Shown here in pieces: positions 1 through 13,139 of a DNA stretch of 64,000 nucleotides. A program made the position numbers and the translations under genes. The DNA is from Okamejei kenojei (Eukaryota), in NCBI GenBank assembly GCA_035221665.1, contig CM069134.1, positions 86,862,001 to 86,926,000 on the forward strand. Reading direction: 5' to 3'. The first letter of the stretch is position 1. The number at the start of each line of letters is the position of its first letter. Below the pieces are notes generated by a model that made no database searches, was not told the DNA's origin, and saw nothing but the letters and a program-made list of their open reading frames with translations.

Positions 1-200
1 TGAGAGGAAGGAGTTTTAAAGTTAATCTGTGGAGTAGGTTTTTTACACACAAAGTGGTTGACATCGGGAACGCTCTGCCTGAGGAGATGGTGGAATCAGA
101 TACAATCACTGCCTTTAACAGACATTTGGACAGACACTTAAATAGGCATGGCTTAGAAGGAAACAGACCTAATGTGGACTGTGCTGTACAACTCTGACTG
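1..200 (+). mobile_element. Degraded CR1/HER1 LINE 3' fragment
   Basis: Resembles the CR1 3' end (ttttacacacaaagtggttg...tttaacagacatttggacagacac) seen in better copies in this window. Confidence 0.6.
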
Positions 201-325
201 TCACTCCTTTTTGTTTTTAGCCCTATCATGGACCCACCAAAAGTTGCCGGGGTGATGTGTTCTTGGATTATAGAAACTGCAAGATTAAAGAGCAGATTAA
301 AGAGCAAGATCCTTATTTGCATTCT

Positions 326-540
326 GTGTAGGAAGGAACTGCAGAGGTTGGTTTACACCGAAGATAGACACAAATTGCCGGAGTAACTCAGCAGGTCAAG
401 GTCAGGCAGCATCTCTGGAGAAAAGGAATAGGTGAAGTTTCAGGTCGAGACACTTCTTCAGATTACTTCGTCACCTATTCCTTTTCTCCTGAGATGTTGC
501 CTGACCCGTTGAGTTACTCGATCATTTTGTGGCTATCTTC
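326..540. mobile_element. Penelope-derived short element, fold-back (inverted dimer) form
   Basis: Arm gagtaactcagc..ggcagcatctctggagaaaaggaataggtga is mirrored by tcacctattccttttctcctgagatgttgcctgacccgttgagttactc. Confidence 0.7.
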
Positions 541-1316
541 CTTATTTCCACTCTTATCAGTCATAATCAGATATTGACATTAATGAACAGAAGCCAGCAC
601 ATTGATGGCTGAGTGTACATTTAATACTTAACTGTGAGGTCAATAACAGGGACCAGAAGTTTAAAGACAAAGTTACAAGGACAGGGTAGGGAAAGAAATG
701 GGGGAGCTAGAAACCCTCATGACTTTTTAAAAATTACCTTTGAGAAGATCTCCAGGTTCCGTAACCTAAAGGTTTATGGACAAAACAGCTTGGAGGTGGG
801 ATTTGTATCAATGGCTCTTAATCAGCACATGTATAATGGTCCGAATGGTCTTCTTTGATTCAGATTGTTAGCCAGGATGGGGGAGGAGAAACAGGCTGTG
901 CAAAAGGCACCAGTCAGACAGCAAGACAGCCATAATTTGTGTGGACAAGCCGTTAACATTTTTAGAATAAATATCACTAGACTTGTCTGTCTGGTGTTCA
1001 GGACATCAAAGCTTCAGTCTCATAAATCAATGATATTAACACAGTTTACACTGATGTAAACCAGGGTCTGCTTAAATCAGCACCAACTGTGTCATGTTAC
1101 TTTGACATGGAGTCCAATGCAGTACAAATTGATAAAAGATGTGAAATTCATCCTTTTCAAATTCCTCATGGCCTCTTTCCTCCTCGTCACCAGAGCCTCC
1201 TCCAGCCCACTGTCCACCGAACTCGCCGCATTGCTCCAATTTTAATTGATTCACCAGTGTTGCCCAGACCGCCAATCACTAAGGCCTTGAGCTATGGAAT
1301 TTCCAAACCTCTCTTA

Positions 1317-2114
1317 AGGGCCTGTCCCACTTAGGCAACTTTTTAGGCGAGTGCAGGAGACTGCGCTCGCCTCATGATCGCCGCATGGTCACCGCATGTT
1401 CGCTGGTGGTCTCTGGTGAATCTCCTTCATGGTCGCGAGGAGTTCCCGCTTTCTGGGAACTAGTCGCGGCCTCAGTATGGTCGACGCAAATTTTGCAACA
1501 TGTTGGTCGCCATGGAGAAAATCAATAATCCTGCAGTCGTAGGTGCATTTGAGTTGGGGTCGCCATCTAGTTATGGGTAGTCGAGGCAGTTGTAGGTATT
1601 TTTTTTAAATCGCCTTTGCTGACCGGGCATTTTCATTGGCTCATTGGGGAAAAATACGTAAGCACGAGTTTTTAGAACCAAGGATAACCGACCGTTAATG
1701 TTAAATGCCCGCCAAACTTCACAGCTGTGAATCTCTGGCTTATTAAAAGTTGTCTGGCTTCTTAAAAGTGTCTCCACTCCTTCTCACCCCCCCCATCTCT
1801 CCCCCTTCTCCCCCTTCTCCCCCTTCTCCCTTCCCCCCCTCCCCCGTCTTTTAAAGGACTTACTGTACACTGTGCCAGCACTTAACCTTCATGTTCATCG
1901 CAGTGTGTGTCTGTATCATCTTGGCTTTGCACCGTGTGAATTTCCGACAGCACTCCCCTGCTTTCCCTGGCCCCCGTCTTTGCGGGGTGGGTGTGTGTGT
2001 CTTTTTTCTCCACTCTGACAGTCGCCGTTCCAGTTCCCGGTTGTTCAGGCGAGTGCCTCGAACTTGACATTCGCCGGGAGTCCGCTGAAAAATCGCCCAA
2101 GTGGGACAGGCCCT
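1317..2114. mobile_element. Non-autonomous PIF/Harbinger MITE, both ends intact
   Basis: About 27-bp TIRs (agggcctgtcccactt... / ...aagtgggacaggccct) with TTA target duplication at 1314-1316 and 2115-2117. Confidence 0.85.
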
Positions 2115-3741
2115 TTATTCATCCCCTTTCTTTCTTCTTTCAAAGCTCTCCTTAAAATCTTTCAAGTTGACCAAACAATTGGCCTCTGTTCTGGTATCTC
2201 CAGATGTGGTTTGTTCTCAAATCATCATGGGACTTGTTGAATTAGGAAGTGCAGTATAAACTCAGCTTGAGCAGTCAGCCCTACCATATCACATCATTAT
2301 AACACTGGGAACTTTGAATCATCGCTTTCTTCACATACTTGACCATTCAAATGGCTGACAATATCTCTAACCTGTATTGCCTTTAGATCACAGGATCTTG
2401 GCACAGAACTGTTCTGAACTCTCACTTCCTCTTCCTTGAGATCCTACGCAACACAGTGCTGATGTGTGAGACAAGCTGGAGGTGATGCATACCTCACTGT
2501 GTTGGAGGAAGAGGAGAGAACGGGACCTTTTCTACATATCCCATAGAGAAACAGCTGGGTGGTTTGAATCCACCTGGATTGCCCTGGCCACACACCTTAT
2601 ATGAAGTGACTTGAGTTAAAAGAAAAGTTGTTCAAAGTGGGGATGGATTTAGCCAGATGAAAGAGGGTGTTGCAGGATGGGGACTGCTCGAACCTCTAAT
2701 CAAGGAACCTTAACACTGTCCTGCTGAAATTTGGATGATGGACGATGGTGATGGTGGGATTAGACACCTGTGGTAAGGGTAAGCCATTTGGGAGCAAGAA
2801 ACTGGAATTTTCCAAGAGGAAGATGCTTTTGGAAGAAGCACAGTTGTGGCCGGGATGAGATTCGACGAGGAGGGAAAAATTGGAGTTGAAACTGGAAGAC
2901 ATTTATTTCCCAGGATATATACAGGCGGAAACAGCTATTCTACCAGGTCCTGTTTGTGGCTCCTAGGAATGAGGAATAGGGGGATTGTGTGAAGATGGGG
3001 AACTGGGAAAGTAATGGAAAGGTGCCAGAGGAGATGAGGTGAGTGACAGTGTGGGGAAATGGTGGTTAATGTTCTAACCTCAATGCATGAAGACTTTCCT
3101 GGAAGATACCCTTTTAATGCACTGTTTCATGCTGTCAAACCCAATAAGTAAGCTGTTAATCAGAATTAATAAGATGTAGGGTTTTTTTTTTTGCTTTCTG
3201 TCTGGTTAGATATTTTTCTAAATTATTAAGAAGTTGGCTCTCTGCCGAGAAATAGCTCATTGATTGCAGATTGAAACGGTGGTTGGACTTGATTTCTCTG
3301 AGGCTGACTGACACACAGAGCTGTCTGCTGTCAGTTGTCCTGCCAAGGTTGCCGGGCGACCGTGGCCAATGGTAACACATTCCAAGACCGGCAATGTCCA
3401 CCACACAGGAGCATGCTATCTCGTCCCGAATGAAGCTTACGGCCCATGTGAGCCTCCTCCAGATCTGCACCATCCCAGCTGACATCCTTCTTTTCACTCC
3501 TGAGCTTATGCAGGCTCACCTCAAGTGCATTCCTCTCATCCCCTATCCAGTGAGTTTACATGCTACTCTCCACAGGCCTCTGGGGTAGAATGGTTCCGCT
3601 GAATCAGTTAAAAGGCTGGGTTTACCTCCCAGGCAAAGAGGTGACATGAGAGATGAATCCAAATTTTGAGGGGGACAGATAGGGTAGACTGTCAAAACCT
3701 CTGTGCAAAGCTGGTTGGTTAATCAGCAAGTGTAAATTAAG

Positions 3742-4825
3742 TGTAGACAAAAATGCTGGAGAAACTCAGCAGGTGAGGCAGCATCTATGGAGCGAAGGAA
3801 ATAGGCAACGTTTCGGCTCAAAACCCTTCTTCAGACTGATGTGAGGGTGGGGTGGGGGAGGGGGGGGGGCGGGCAGGAGGAAGAAAGGAAGAGGTGGAGC
3901 CAGAGGGCAGAGGGAGAGCTGAGAAGAGGAGGAGAAAAACCCACTGACTCCCATGGCTATCTGGACTACACTTCTTCCCACCCTGTTTCCTGTAAGAACT
4001 CAATCCCCTACTCCAAATTCCTCCGTCTAAGCTGCATCTGCACCCAGGATGAGGTGTTCCACACCAGGGCATCGGAGATGTCCTCATTTTGCAGGGAACG
4101 GGGCGTCCCCGCTTCTTCCACAGATGAGGCTCTCACCGGGGTCTCTTTTATACCCCGTGACTCTGCTCTCACTCCCCACCCCCCCACTCGTAACAAGGGC
4201 AGAGTCCCCCTTGTCCTCACCTTCCACCCTACCAGCCGTCACATACAACAAATAATCCTCCAACATTTTCGCCACCTCCAACGTGATCCCACCACTTGCC
4301 ACATCTTCCCATCTCCTCCCCTGTCTGCTTTCTGCAGAGACCGCTCCCTCCGTAACTCCCTGGTCAATTCGTCCACCCCCTCTCCGGGCACTTTCCCTTA
4401 CAACCGCAAGAAATGCTACACTTGTCGCTTTACCTCCCCCCTCGACTCCATTCAAGGACCCAAGCAGTCTTTCCAGGTGCGGCAGAGGTTCACCTGCACC
4501 TCCTCCAACCTCATCTATTGGATCTGCTGCTCTAGATGTCAGCTGCTCTACATCGGTGAGACCAAGCATGGGCTTGGCGATCGCTTCGCCATACACCTCA
4601 GCTCGGTTCACAATAACCAACCTGATCTCCCGGTGGCTCAGAACTTCAATTGACTTCTCTAATTTCAGGTAGTCCTTACTTTCTGCTCCCATTCTAAGCT
4701 CTCCCTCAGCCCACTGGCTCCGCCTCTTCCTTTCTTCCTCCCACACCCCCCTTCCCTCCACCCTCACATCAGTCTGAAGAAGGGTTTAATCCCGAAACAT
4801 TGCCTATATCCTTCGCTCCATAGAT
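3742..4825 (+). mobile_element. 5'-truncated Penelope-like retroelement with inverted pseudo-LTR copy
   Basis: About 150-bp inverted repeats (3785-3935 vs 4680-4825) flank a PLE ORF fragment; each arm carries CTGAAGA..GAAAC. Confidence 0.85.
3937..4672 (+). pseudogene. Penelope-like RT C-terminus plus GIY-YIG endonuclease fragment
   Basis: KPTDSHGYLDYTSSHP..KNSIPYS.FLRL..IC (PLE RT thumb), Cys linker, NLIY.I.C..C.LLYIGET...L.DRF..H (GIY-YIG); truncated and internally deleted. Confidence 0.9.
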
Positions 4826-5129
4826 TTCTTATGTTTATGTTATTGAGTTCCTTCCAAATCTTAAGGATCTTCATCGGGATAAATTCTTGCCCTTCTCCCA
4901 TCAAGAGAACAGGGCCTGGCCTGTTTACTGTGTCTCTGGTTCACATCAGCTCCTCCTCAGTACATTACCTTCGTTTGACAGTGACCTTTACTCGGAAATT
5001 CAGAGTGGAAACCTGCTCCCTGTAACCCGTGGACCCTCCTGAGCCTCGCCTTCTCCACCATTTTTAATCAAAACAGCTCCATGTTACATTTTGACAAAGG
5101 CAAGCACAGAGCATTACGTATTCTAGATA

Positions 5130-5600
5130 GTAGAAATTGCATAGACATGTGGGTACACCCCAGACCATCACAGGAACCAGCTCCCCATCGACAATCTGCA
5201 ATTCAAGCTATCTTGCCTTTTCAGCCAGCATAATCAAGGATCACTCACACCCCAGTTGTTCCATCTTCTCTCATGTCGGGCAGAATGTGCCAATGTTTGA
5301 AAGCACATACTACCAGATTCAAGAACAGCTTCTTCCCCTCTGTAAGTTAACTCTCGAAGTGCCCTCTCCGATGCCAAGGATGAATTCCCAATCTTCCAAT
5401 CTACCGCTTTGTGACCCAAGCACTCTTTGTTAATCTGCACTTCCCCTGTAGCAGTAACACCATATCTGCACTCTGTTTCATTTCTCTTTTTGCATTCCTG
5501 CTGCACTCAGGTATGGTATGATGTGCTTGGAGAGCAAACAAAATAAAGATTTTCACTGTACCTTGGTGCGCCTGCGAATAATAAACAAATACCAAAACCA
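5130..5600 (+). mobile_element. Rex1/Babar-like LINE 3' fragment
   Basis: cagcataatcaagga..accagattcaagaacagcttcttcccctctgt and 3' tail tttcactgtaccttggt..aataataaac. Confidence 0.65.
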
Positions 5601-5659
5601 GGAGTGGCCAACTTGGTAGATACAGATACATTTCTGAATGTTGATTGATGTGTTGATTG

Positions 5660-5990
5660 ATTCAAGTCAAGTCACTTTTATTTCCATAGCACATTTAAAA
5701 AATAACTCTTGTTGACCCAAGTGCTTTACATTGGTGGAGGTACTAACGTCATACAACAGTGGTTTATAGATTGAGTACATACATAAATACATACATATAG
5801 CCCTCCCTCACAGGACGTCAAGAAAGGCTTGAGAGTAAAGATGAGTTTTAAGTCTGGACTTAAAAGAGTTGATGGAGGTGGCAGTTCTGATGGGAAGAGG
5901 GATGCTGTTCCACAGTCTAGGAGCTGCAACCGCAAAGGCGCGGTCGCCCCTGAGCTGATGCCTAGACCGCGAGATGTTCAGTAACCCCAT
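5660..5990 (-). mobile_element. L2-clade LINE 3' end
   Basis: Encodes RGDRAFAVAAPRLWNSIP..IR...SINSFKSRLKTHLYSQAF, typical L2 ORF2 C-terminus; (ttgac)n tail. Confidence 0.85.
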
Positions 5991-6424
5991 GGTTACTGAA
6001 CATTCCCTGGATGTAAGTATGCAGTAATGGCAATGGACAGTAGGAATCCTTAGGGAGTAAAATTAACAAACATTTGAAAGCTCTGCCAGTGACTCGTGGC
6101 TCCTTGGGTGTTAAACAGGCCAATAAGTCCTCCCAAATGGAGGCAACAAAAATCTGGGACTAATTCTGAAGTGTATAGTAGTTCTGGATCTTTGCACCAG
6201 ACTGAATCTGTTTGATGAAGGGTCACCAACCTTGACTCTGTGTTCATGCTGTCTCACCAATTGGGTTTTCCAGCATTCTCTGCTTTTATTTCAGATTGCC
6301 AGAATTCGCAGTGTTTTGTCTCTCACAGTTTTAACACTGTTTTTCTTGCTGACTCCTGTTCTGCACTCATTCATCTCCTTCTACTTTCACCTCCTGTGGT
6401 GTGCACGATCTGGAGGGACTGGGA

Positions 6425-6940
6425 TAAAGTGAACATGTAGTTTTTTTCCCAGGATAGAGGATTCTAAAATTGGAGGTTATAGGCGTAAGATGCGAGGGGA
6501 GATATTTAAGAGGACCTCAGGGGCATCTTTTCACAAAGAGGGTAGCCCGTATCTGATATTTATCCTTATCTGGTAATTTTATTTACTGACCCAGTGTGGT
6601 CTACTATCTAACACTCTTGCATTTAGTATGATTATGCCTAATGTATAGGAGGATTGTCACTGAACTGTATGCAAAAAATAATTTTACTTTACGTACGTAC
6701 ATGTGACAAAAAAACACCATTGAACCATTGAATGAACTGCCAGAGAAAATTATAAAAGCTGATAAAAATATGACTTTCAAAAGACAACTGGACAGATATA
6801 TGGATAGGACTGGTTTCGAAGGATATGGGCCAAATGCAGGCAAATGGGAATCACCCAGAATGCCAACTTAGTCGGCATGGACCATGTGAGCCGAAGAGCC
6901 TGTTTCCATGCTGTATTGCTTAATGACTCTATGATTCTAT
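6425..6940 (+). mobile_element. CR1/HER1 LINE 3' fragment interrupted by a short Rex-like tail (about 6590-6730)
   Basis: CR1 end motifs (ggatatgggccaaatgcaggcaaatgg..gcctgtttccatgctgtat..gactctatgattctat). Confidence 0.65.
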
Positions 6941-7578
6941 AACCTCCTCCGGATAGCTTATCTGTCATGAACCACCTCCCTCTCTCAGGCAGCATTTTCA
7001 CCATTTGTGTCATTATGTTCCTTTCACCCTATCACAAATTTTCTATATTTGTTCTCTCCATCCCACCCCTTTTCCTGAAACTTCCAACATATCTGATTAC
7101 TATTTCTTTCTCAGTTCTGCTGAGACGCCAATTATCTTAAATGGTTGTCCTGTTTTCCCATGCAGAGGCTGCCTGTTCTGCTGAGTATTTATAGCATTTC
7201 TGAAATTTATTTTGGATTTGACAGTTTGCTTTGTTTTCTGAAGAATAGTCTGTCCTCTCAAAGTGTTCTGGCCGCTATTAACTCCTTAGCAAAGTCACAA
7301 AATGAGATTATCTGTTTCCATGACATTTCTATTTGTGGGAACTTGCTGTAACTACCACATTTTCTCTATTAAATTATATTTAATTAAGTACATCAGTGGT
7401 TGCAGAGCACATTGGAACATCTGGCACCTTTTCCTTCCAACTCGAAAGGTTTAATGTGAATCACAATGTGGTCTTCATAGTTCTGGAGCCTGACCAGAGA
7501 TTCCTTCTGGTAAATTGTGTACTGAACCAATAGCCATTATGCTGGGCCCAGGGATAATGACAGGAAACTGAAGATAGA

Positions 7579-7712
7579 CAGTCTGAAGAAGGGTCTCGAC
7601 CAGAAATGTTACCCATTCTATCCAGAGATGCTGCCTGTCCCGCTGAGTTGCTCCATTTTTTAACGTCCGTTTTTGGTTTATACCAGCATCTGCACCTCCT
7701 TCCTACACATAG
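7579..7712 (+). mobile_element. Penelope-derived short element with hammerhead core
   Basis: cagtCTGAAGAagggtctcgaccaGAAAtgtt followed by the family body. Confidence 0.75.
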
Positions 7713-7739
7713 ATAACTCGTTTGTTGCATTGGCAATAG

Positions 7740-7975
7740 TTGGAGTCCATTTCAGAATCGCAGTTCATAAATGATTACGAGCAGGCAAAGCCTCCAAGAA
7801 AACATCTTGCAACATGACTGCTGACAGTAGGGTCTTTGAACACTTGCAATTATCACATGCCACGATTGTCCCATGACCTGGTGTGTGTGTGAGATCATCA
7901 CATAATGGTTGGGTTCCTCCAAAAGAAGCTTTATCAATTCCGAGAGCAACTCCTATTGATGAATCAAGGTATCCC
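7740..7975. promoter_or_regulatory. Candidate conserved non-coding element
   Basis: Repeat-free; CATAAA/TGATTA at about 7766-7777 and TGACAG at 7822-7827; conservation not verified. Confidence 0.3.
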
Positions 7976-10209
7976 ATTAAGGGTAAGGGGGAATAGATTC
8001 AGTGGGGATATGAGGAGGACCTTTTCCACCTCAAGTACTAAGTATGTGACCACACTGCTTGAAGCTGGGTGTCTGAAGCATATTTGTCTGGACGGACAAT
8101 TGAATTGCTTAAACATAGATGGCTATGGACCAAGTGCTGGGTAATATGTTCAATGTGGAAGATTTCCCATCAGTCAATGGTCAATGGTTTCTTTATTATC
8201 CATATACCCAGGTACAGTGAAATAATTGTTTTCCATACAGCTCAGCAAGACTATCCGCGTACGTAAGCACATTTGTGCCGGTCAGTACAGCGTGCACAGA
8301 ACAGCCCAATAAGCCCATATGCAAGATGTGCCATTTTGGTGCCGTATCACATTCCCAGCTACAGCTGACCACAAAGGCCCGTTGCAGTCATTGCCTCCAT
8401 TTTGGTTGCCCTGCGAACCAAGGTCCCTCTCCTCACCCGGCCATCTCCAGGCCTCGTTCCCCGGGGGCACCTCCCGTAACCGACCTTGAGGGTGCGGAAG
8501 GTAATGATCCCTGGTTCTTCTCACGGGCCCTTTGTCCATCCCTTCTCTGATTCCCGATCCACAGGGTGAGCAGGGGCCGGGCTCGGCAGCCTTCCCTCTA
8601 CGAGCGAGCTGGGTCTGCGGTTGGGATGAAGCCGCGGCTCGTCAGTGTGGATATGTTGGGCCGAATGGCCTGTTGTGGTGCTGTACGATCCTATGATCCT
8701 ACATGGGGATCAGGCAGGAAAATATTGCGATAAGTGGCAAAGCAGGTTGAAGGCGGCGAATGGCATATTCCTGTTCCTATAGTGCCCTGTGTGCCTCACC
8801 AATTGTATGCTTCATAATTTGTACATTCATCTACACACAACTTTAAGATGCTTCAGATTGACAAACATCCTTATTTTAATTTCCCATCTTCCTTGTCTCG
8901 TTTATCACGTTACTGTTTGCTGACTCTGCTCTGCCTCCCTCTGTGTTGATGCATGATTTTTTTTTTCTCCCCTATTAATTTAAACCCTCCTGGCTGAGAT
9001 CATCCTTTCAGCTTTGTTTAGGTGAAGCCTGGTGTTCTGGGCAGGCCAGTCCTGTCCTAGAACTGGACTCAAAATCACAGATTTCGAAACATTCCCTTCT
9101 TAGCTGATGGTTTTTGTTGCATTTGAATCAGCATGCTGTCAGTTTTTGCCAAGATTAGGGTATAATAATCTAGGCTCGCACCATCAGGAATGCTGATGAA
9201 GATAAGGAGTTAAACGGAGGTGCCTTTGTTTTGCTTAGTTGGGTGTGGACTGGTGGTTTGTCAGACCATCAGCCGAGTATATTGACCGTATGGGTTAGAC
9301 TGGGTATGAATGATAGATTACCTTCTGTGAAGGACAACTCATTAGTTTTATGGTCCGTTGTAGAAACTTTCCAGATTTGATTTTGTTTCTTTGGATCAAA
9401 GTTCCAGGCATCTGCCACTGGTCCAGTAACCCAAGCATGGAAATGTGATTTGGACAATGAGTCCATATGAATTCCATTAGTAGATTGATTGTTGTCATTT
9501 TGTCAAATCAACTCAAGTTCCGCAAGTATAAAACACTGGGAAACAGGACAAATGGTTCCAGTTGGGGACATAATTCGATTTAAAGGTTCTGATGGCTAAT
9601 CTCTCTAGGACATAAATGAACCAGACATTTGATTGAAACATTTAGCAATCATAAAACTGCAGTAGAGGTTAAATTGTTTTGAGCTATAGAAATGAACATA
9701 TTAAAGGTTATATTTCCAACTGCGAGCCACGCACCATTCAGTGATTCTATGGCAGAATTATGTGACGCAGAAGGAAAAGGTCTAAAATGATTGTGGAATC
9801 ATTAACAAGAGCAAAGGCAGAAGAAGACATTTCACAGCAGGAGGTTCACGAAGAAGAATAAAGCCATACAGCGAGCTCATTAAGGATGAATCAGAGACCA
9901 CAAACATAGTAAACCACTAAGTGTGGAACATATCTAGTGTCTAATGGCTCCGTTATAAACAAAAAATGATCTCCAGGCAAGTCATCACTCCAGGTTACAG
10001 CACCCAACATTTGCTCTTGGAGTTTTCCAGAGGGAAATTATCCCATTGAGTGCATGTTGTTTTGTCACATGTGTACGTGCGTTACTAACACAACTTAGGT
10101 TGAATAGAATTTATGGCAGAACATTCGGCTCAGCTGCTAGATTTTCTTCTTACTTCACTTCACACTAATCGAGATCCAGGTGGAGTTCATTAATTACTGG
10201 GTAATTAAT

Positions 10210-10860
10210 CGGTAGTAAAGAAAGCAAACTCAATGCTAGCATTTATTTCAAGATACATGAGGCTGTAATGCTGAGGCTCTATACGGCGCTGGTAACGCTG
10301 CATTTGGAATATTGTGAGCAATTTTGGGCACCATATCTGAGGAAGGGTGTGTTGGCTCTGGAGAAGGTCCAGAGGAGGTTTACAAGAACGATCCCAGGAA
10401 TGACTAGGTTAACCTATGATGAGCGTTTGTCGGCTCTGGGCCTGTACTCGCTGGAGTATAGAAGAATGAGGGGGGACCTCATTGAAATGTACAGAATAGC
10501 GAAAGGCTTGGATAAAGTGGATGTGGAGAGGATGTTTCCACTAGTGGGAGAGGCTAAGACTTGAAGTCATAGCATCAGTATTAAAGGACATTCATTTAGA
10601 AAGGAGATGTGGAGAAATGTCTTTAGTCAGAGGTTGGTTAATCTGTGGAATTATTTGCCACAGAAGGCTGTGGAGGCCAAGACAGTGGATATTTTTAAGA
10701 CAGAGATAGATAAATTCTTGATTGGTACAGGTGTCAGAGGTTATGGGGAGAAGGCTGGAGAATGGGGTTAGGAGGGAGAGATAGATCAGCCATGATTGAA
10801 TGGCGGAGTACACTTGATGGGCCAAATGGCCTAATTCTACTCCTATCACTTATAACCTTA
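10210..10860 (+). mobile_element. CR1/HER1 LINE 3' fragment (RT C-terminus)
   Basis: LRLYTALV..HLEYCEQFWAPYLRK...LEKVQRRFTR.IPGM..L.Y.ERL..LGLYSLE.RRMRGDLIE. Confidence 0.9.
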
Positions 10861-12357
10861 TCTCTGAGATGCTCTGCCCCTGAGGGTGGTGGATGACACA
10901 TCATAAAGTGGAGATAGATAAAATAGGTTATGGGGAACTGGAACAGGAGAGGAATTTTCAGGCACCTGTGCCTGATTACAAATAGTAGTAGCAAAATTAT
11001 ACCTAGGTGCTGTGGGTGTTTGATGAAATTTGCTGCCTTTTGAGGCTGCAACTCTTGTAGATAAGGTAGATAAGACCTAGGAATAAGGCACCCACTCACT
11101 CCCTTAAGTATCAGGAAATGTGATAGGTTTACGGTTGTTTCAGTGATGAACGGTTTTGGGGTAAAGGCTGAATGGTCTCCTACTGAACTGCGACTTGGTT
11201 GGTTTAACTACTCCATGAAAAGTCATAAGAGGCTTTGTTATGTTTTGAATTATGAAGAAAGGTTCTTTCTGTAATCTAATGCTCCAGAGGATTAGATCCA
11301 TTGAATATTTTCGACCCAGTTTGCAAAAGAATTCCATTACATAGAATTTACTGCGCAGGAGTAAGTCATTTGGTCCAACAAACCTGTATTAATGGTCCAC
11401 AAGTGCCTCCCACTCTATTTACTTCATCATAACCTGTCAAAATATCATTCTATTCTCTTTTCCCTCTTGCTAAAAAAAAGCATCTACGATCGTTGATTTT
11501 ATAGTGTGCAAGATTTAAAAGTAAGCAAGTTATGCCTTACAAATAACTAGTAAGACCTCAGTCAAGGCACTATCTAATTCATACACCATATATTGTACGA
11601 GAAAAGAAAGATGAATTTGCCCATCACCTTTCATGATCTTGTTGAATTTTTACCATAGGAACATAGCTTCATTCAATTGAATCAACACCTTATAATGTCA
11701 AGAATGGCAGAGAATACCTGAAACAGCAGAAACCGTGGATATTAATAACATCCCCAATGTAGTGCTAAGGATTAGTGTTTGAAAACTGACCTTGCTCTGG
11801 CCAAATTGTTCCAGTACCTTGGCATCTACCCTACAATATCAAGAATTGCCCAGATATGCCTTATTCGGCAATGTGTCTAAATTGAATGACATCCATGAAG
11901 GCAGAAATTGGATGTCATAGTGGTACAGCTAGTGAACATTTAAAAACAAAACGAATAAATGAAAATATCAGTTTTAGAAAATGACTACGATTTTTCTTCC
12001 TGAAATTGCTTTGAAAAGGTTCTTTACGTAAATCCTCTAATTCATGGAGGTCTTAATTCCAAATGTAATCGTTCTACAGCTGGTGCTTGTGCTTTCAGCT
12101 GCTTGGACACCAGGTTCTGGAATAATTACTTCAAACCTTGCAACCTCTACCATTTTTCTTCCTTTCAAACATTTATTAAAGCCTATCTCTTAGGCCGATC
12201 TTTTGATGAGGGTATAATAGAATCATAGAAATGAAGGGACTGGAAGTAGGTGATTGAGCCGCAAAAATTTATAAATGCGGTGAGAATTTCTTCTCTGGTA
12301 CCCTTTCAGGCATTCAGGTCCATACCCCCACTGAGTGAATAGATTTTCTCTCTATTG

Positions 12358-12790
12358 AAAAGACTAGGCTTGTATTCACTGGAGTTTAGAAGGATGAGGG
12401 GGAGTTCTTATAGAAATATATAAAATATAAAAGGGCTGGACAAGCTAGATGCAGGAAAAATGTTCCCAATGTTGGGTGAGTCCAGAACCAGGGGCCACAG
12501 TCTTAGAATAAAGGGGAAGCCATTTAAGACTGAGGTGAGAAAAAACTTTTTCACCCAGAGAGTTGTGAATTTGTGGAATTCCCTGCCACAGTGGGCAATG
12601 GAGGCCAAATCACTGGATGGATTTAAGAGAGAGTTAGATAAAGCTCTAGGGGCTAGTGGAATCAGGGGATATGTGGAGAAGGCAGACACGAGTTATTGAT
12701 TGGGGATGATCAGCCATGATCACAATGAATGGCGGTGCTGGTTCAAAGGGCCGAATGGCCTCCTCCTGCACCTATTTTCTATGTTTCTGT
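12358..12790 (+). mobile_element. CR1/HER1 LINE 3' fragment
   Basis: MFPMLGESRTRGHSLRIKG..FKTEVRKNFFTQRVVNLWNSLP, 3' UTR and ctatgttt tail. Confidence 0.9.
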
Positions 12791-13139
12791 TACTCCCCTC
12801 TAATCCTTCTGCCACTTATCAAACAGTTGCATCCCTGCTATTGCCTTTTCTCCTTAGGGGAACAAACCCTCTGTTCTTAATATGTGGCAATGCTTTGGTT
12901 GTTGGTATATCATTCGCACAATGTGTTTGATGAGTGCAAATTCTTGTGCTCAAAACTCCGATTAATGTAGGAGAATTTGATCGCTCCGGTCATGGCTAAA
13001 ATATGCACTGCTGTGTCACATTGATTTAAACAGCCATATTTGCCCTCAGTGCACCAGCCCCAATTAATAGCAGATGGGATTGTTTATGAAACTTTCAACA
13101 CCAATACCAGAAAATGCGGTAAATGGAATTAGTTTAAAT

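Noticed and set aside
4084-4767. 227-aa minus-strand ORF
   Set aside because: Antisense shadow of the Penelope ORF
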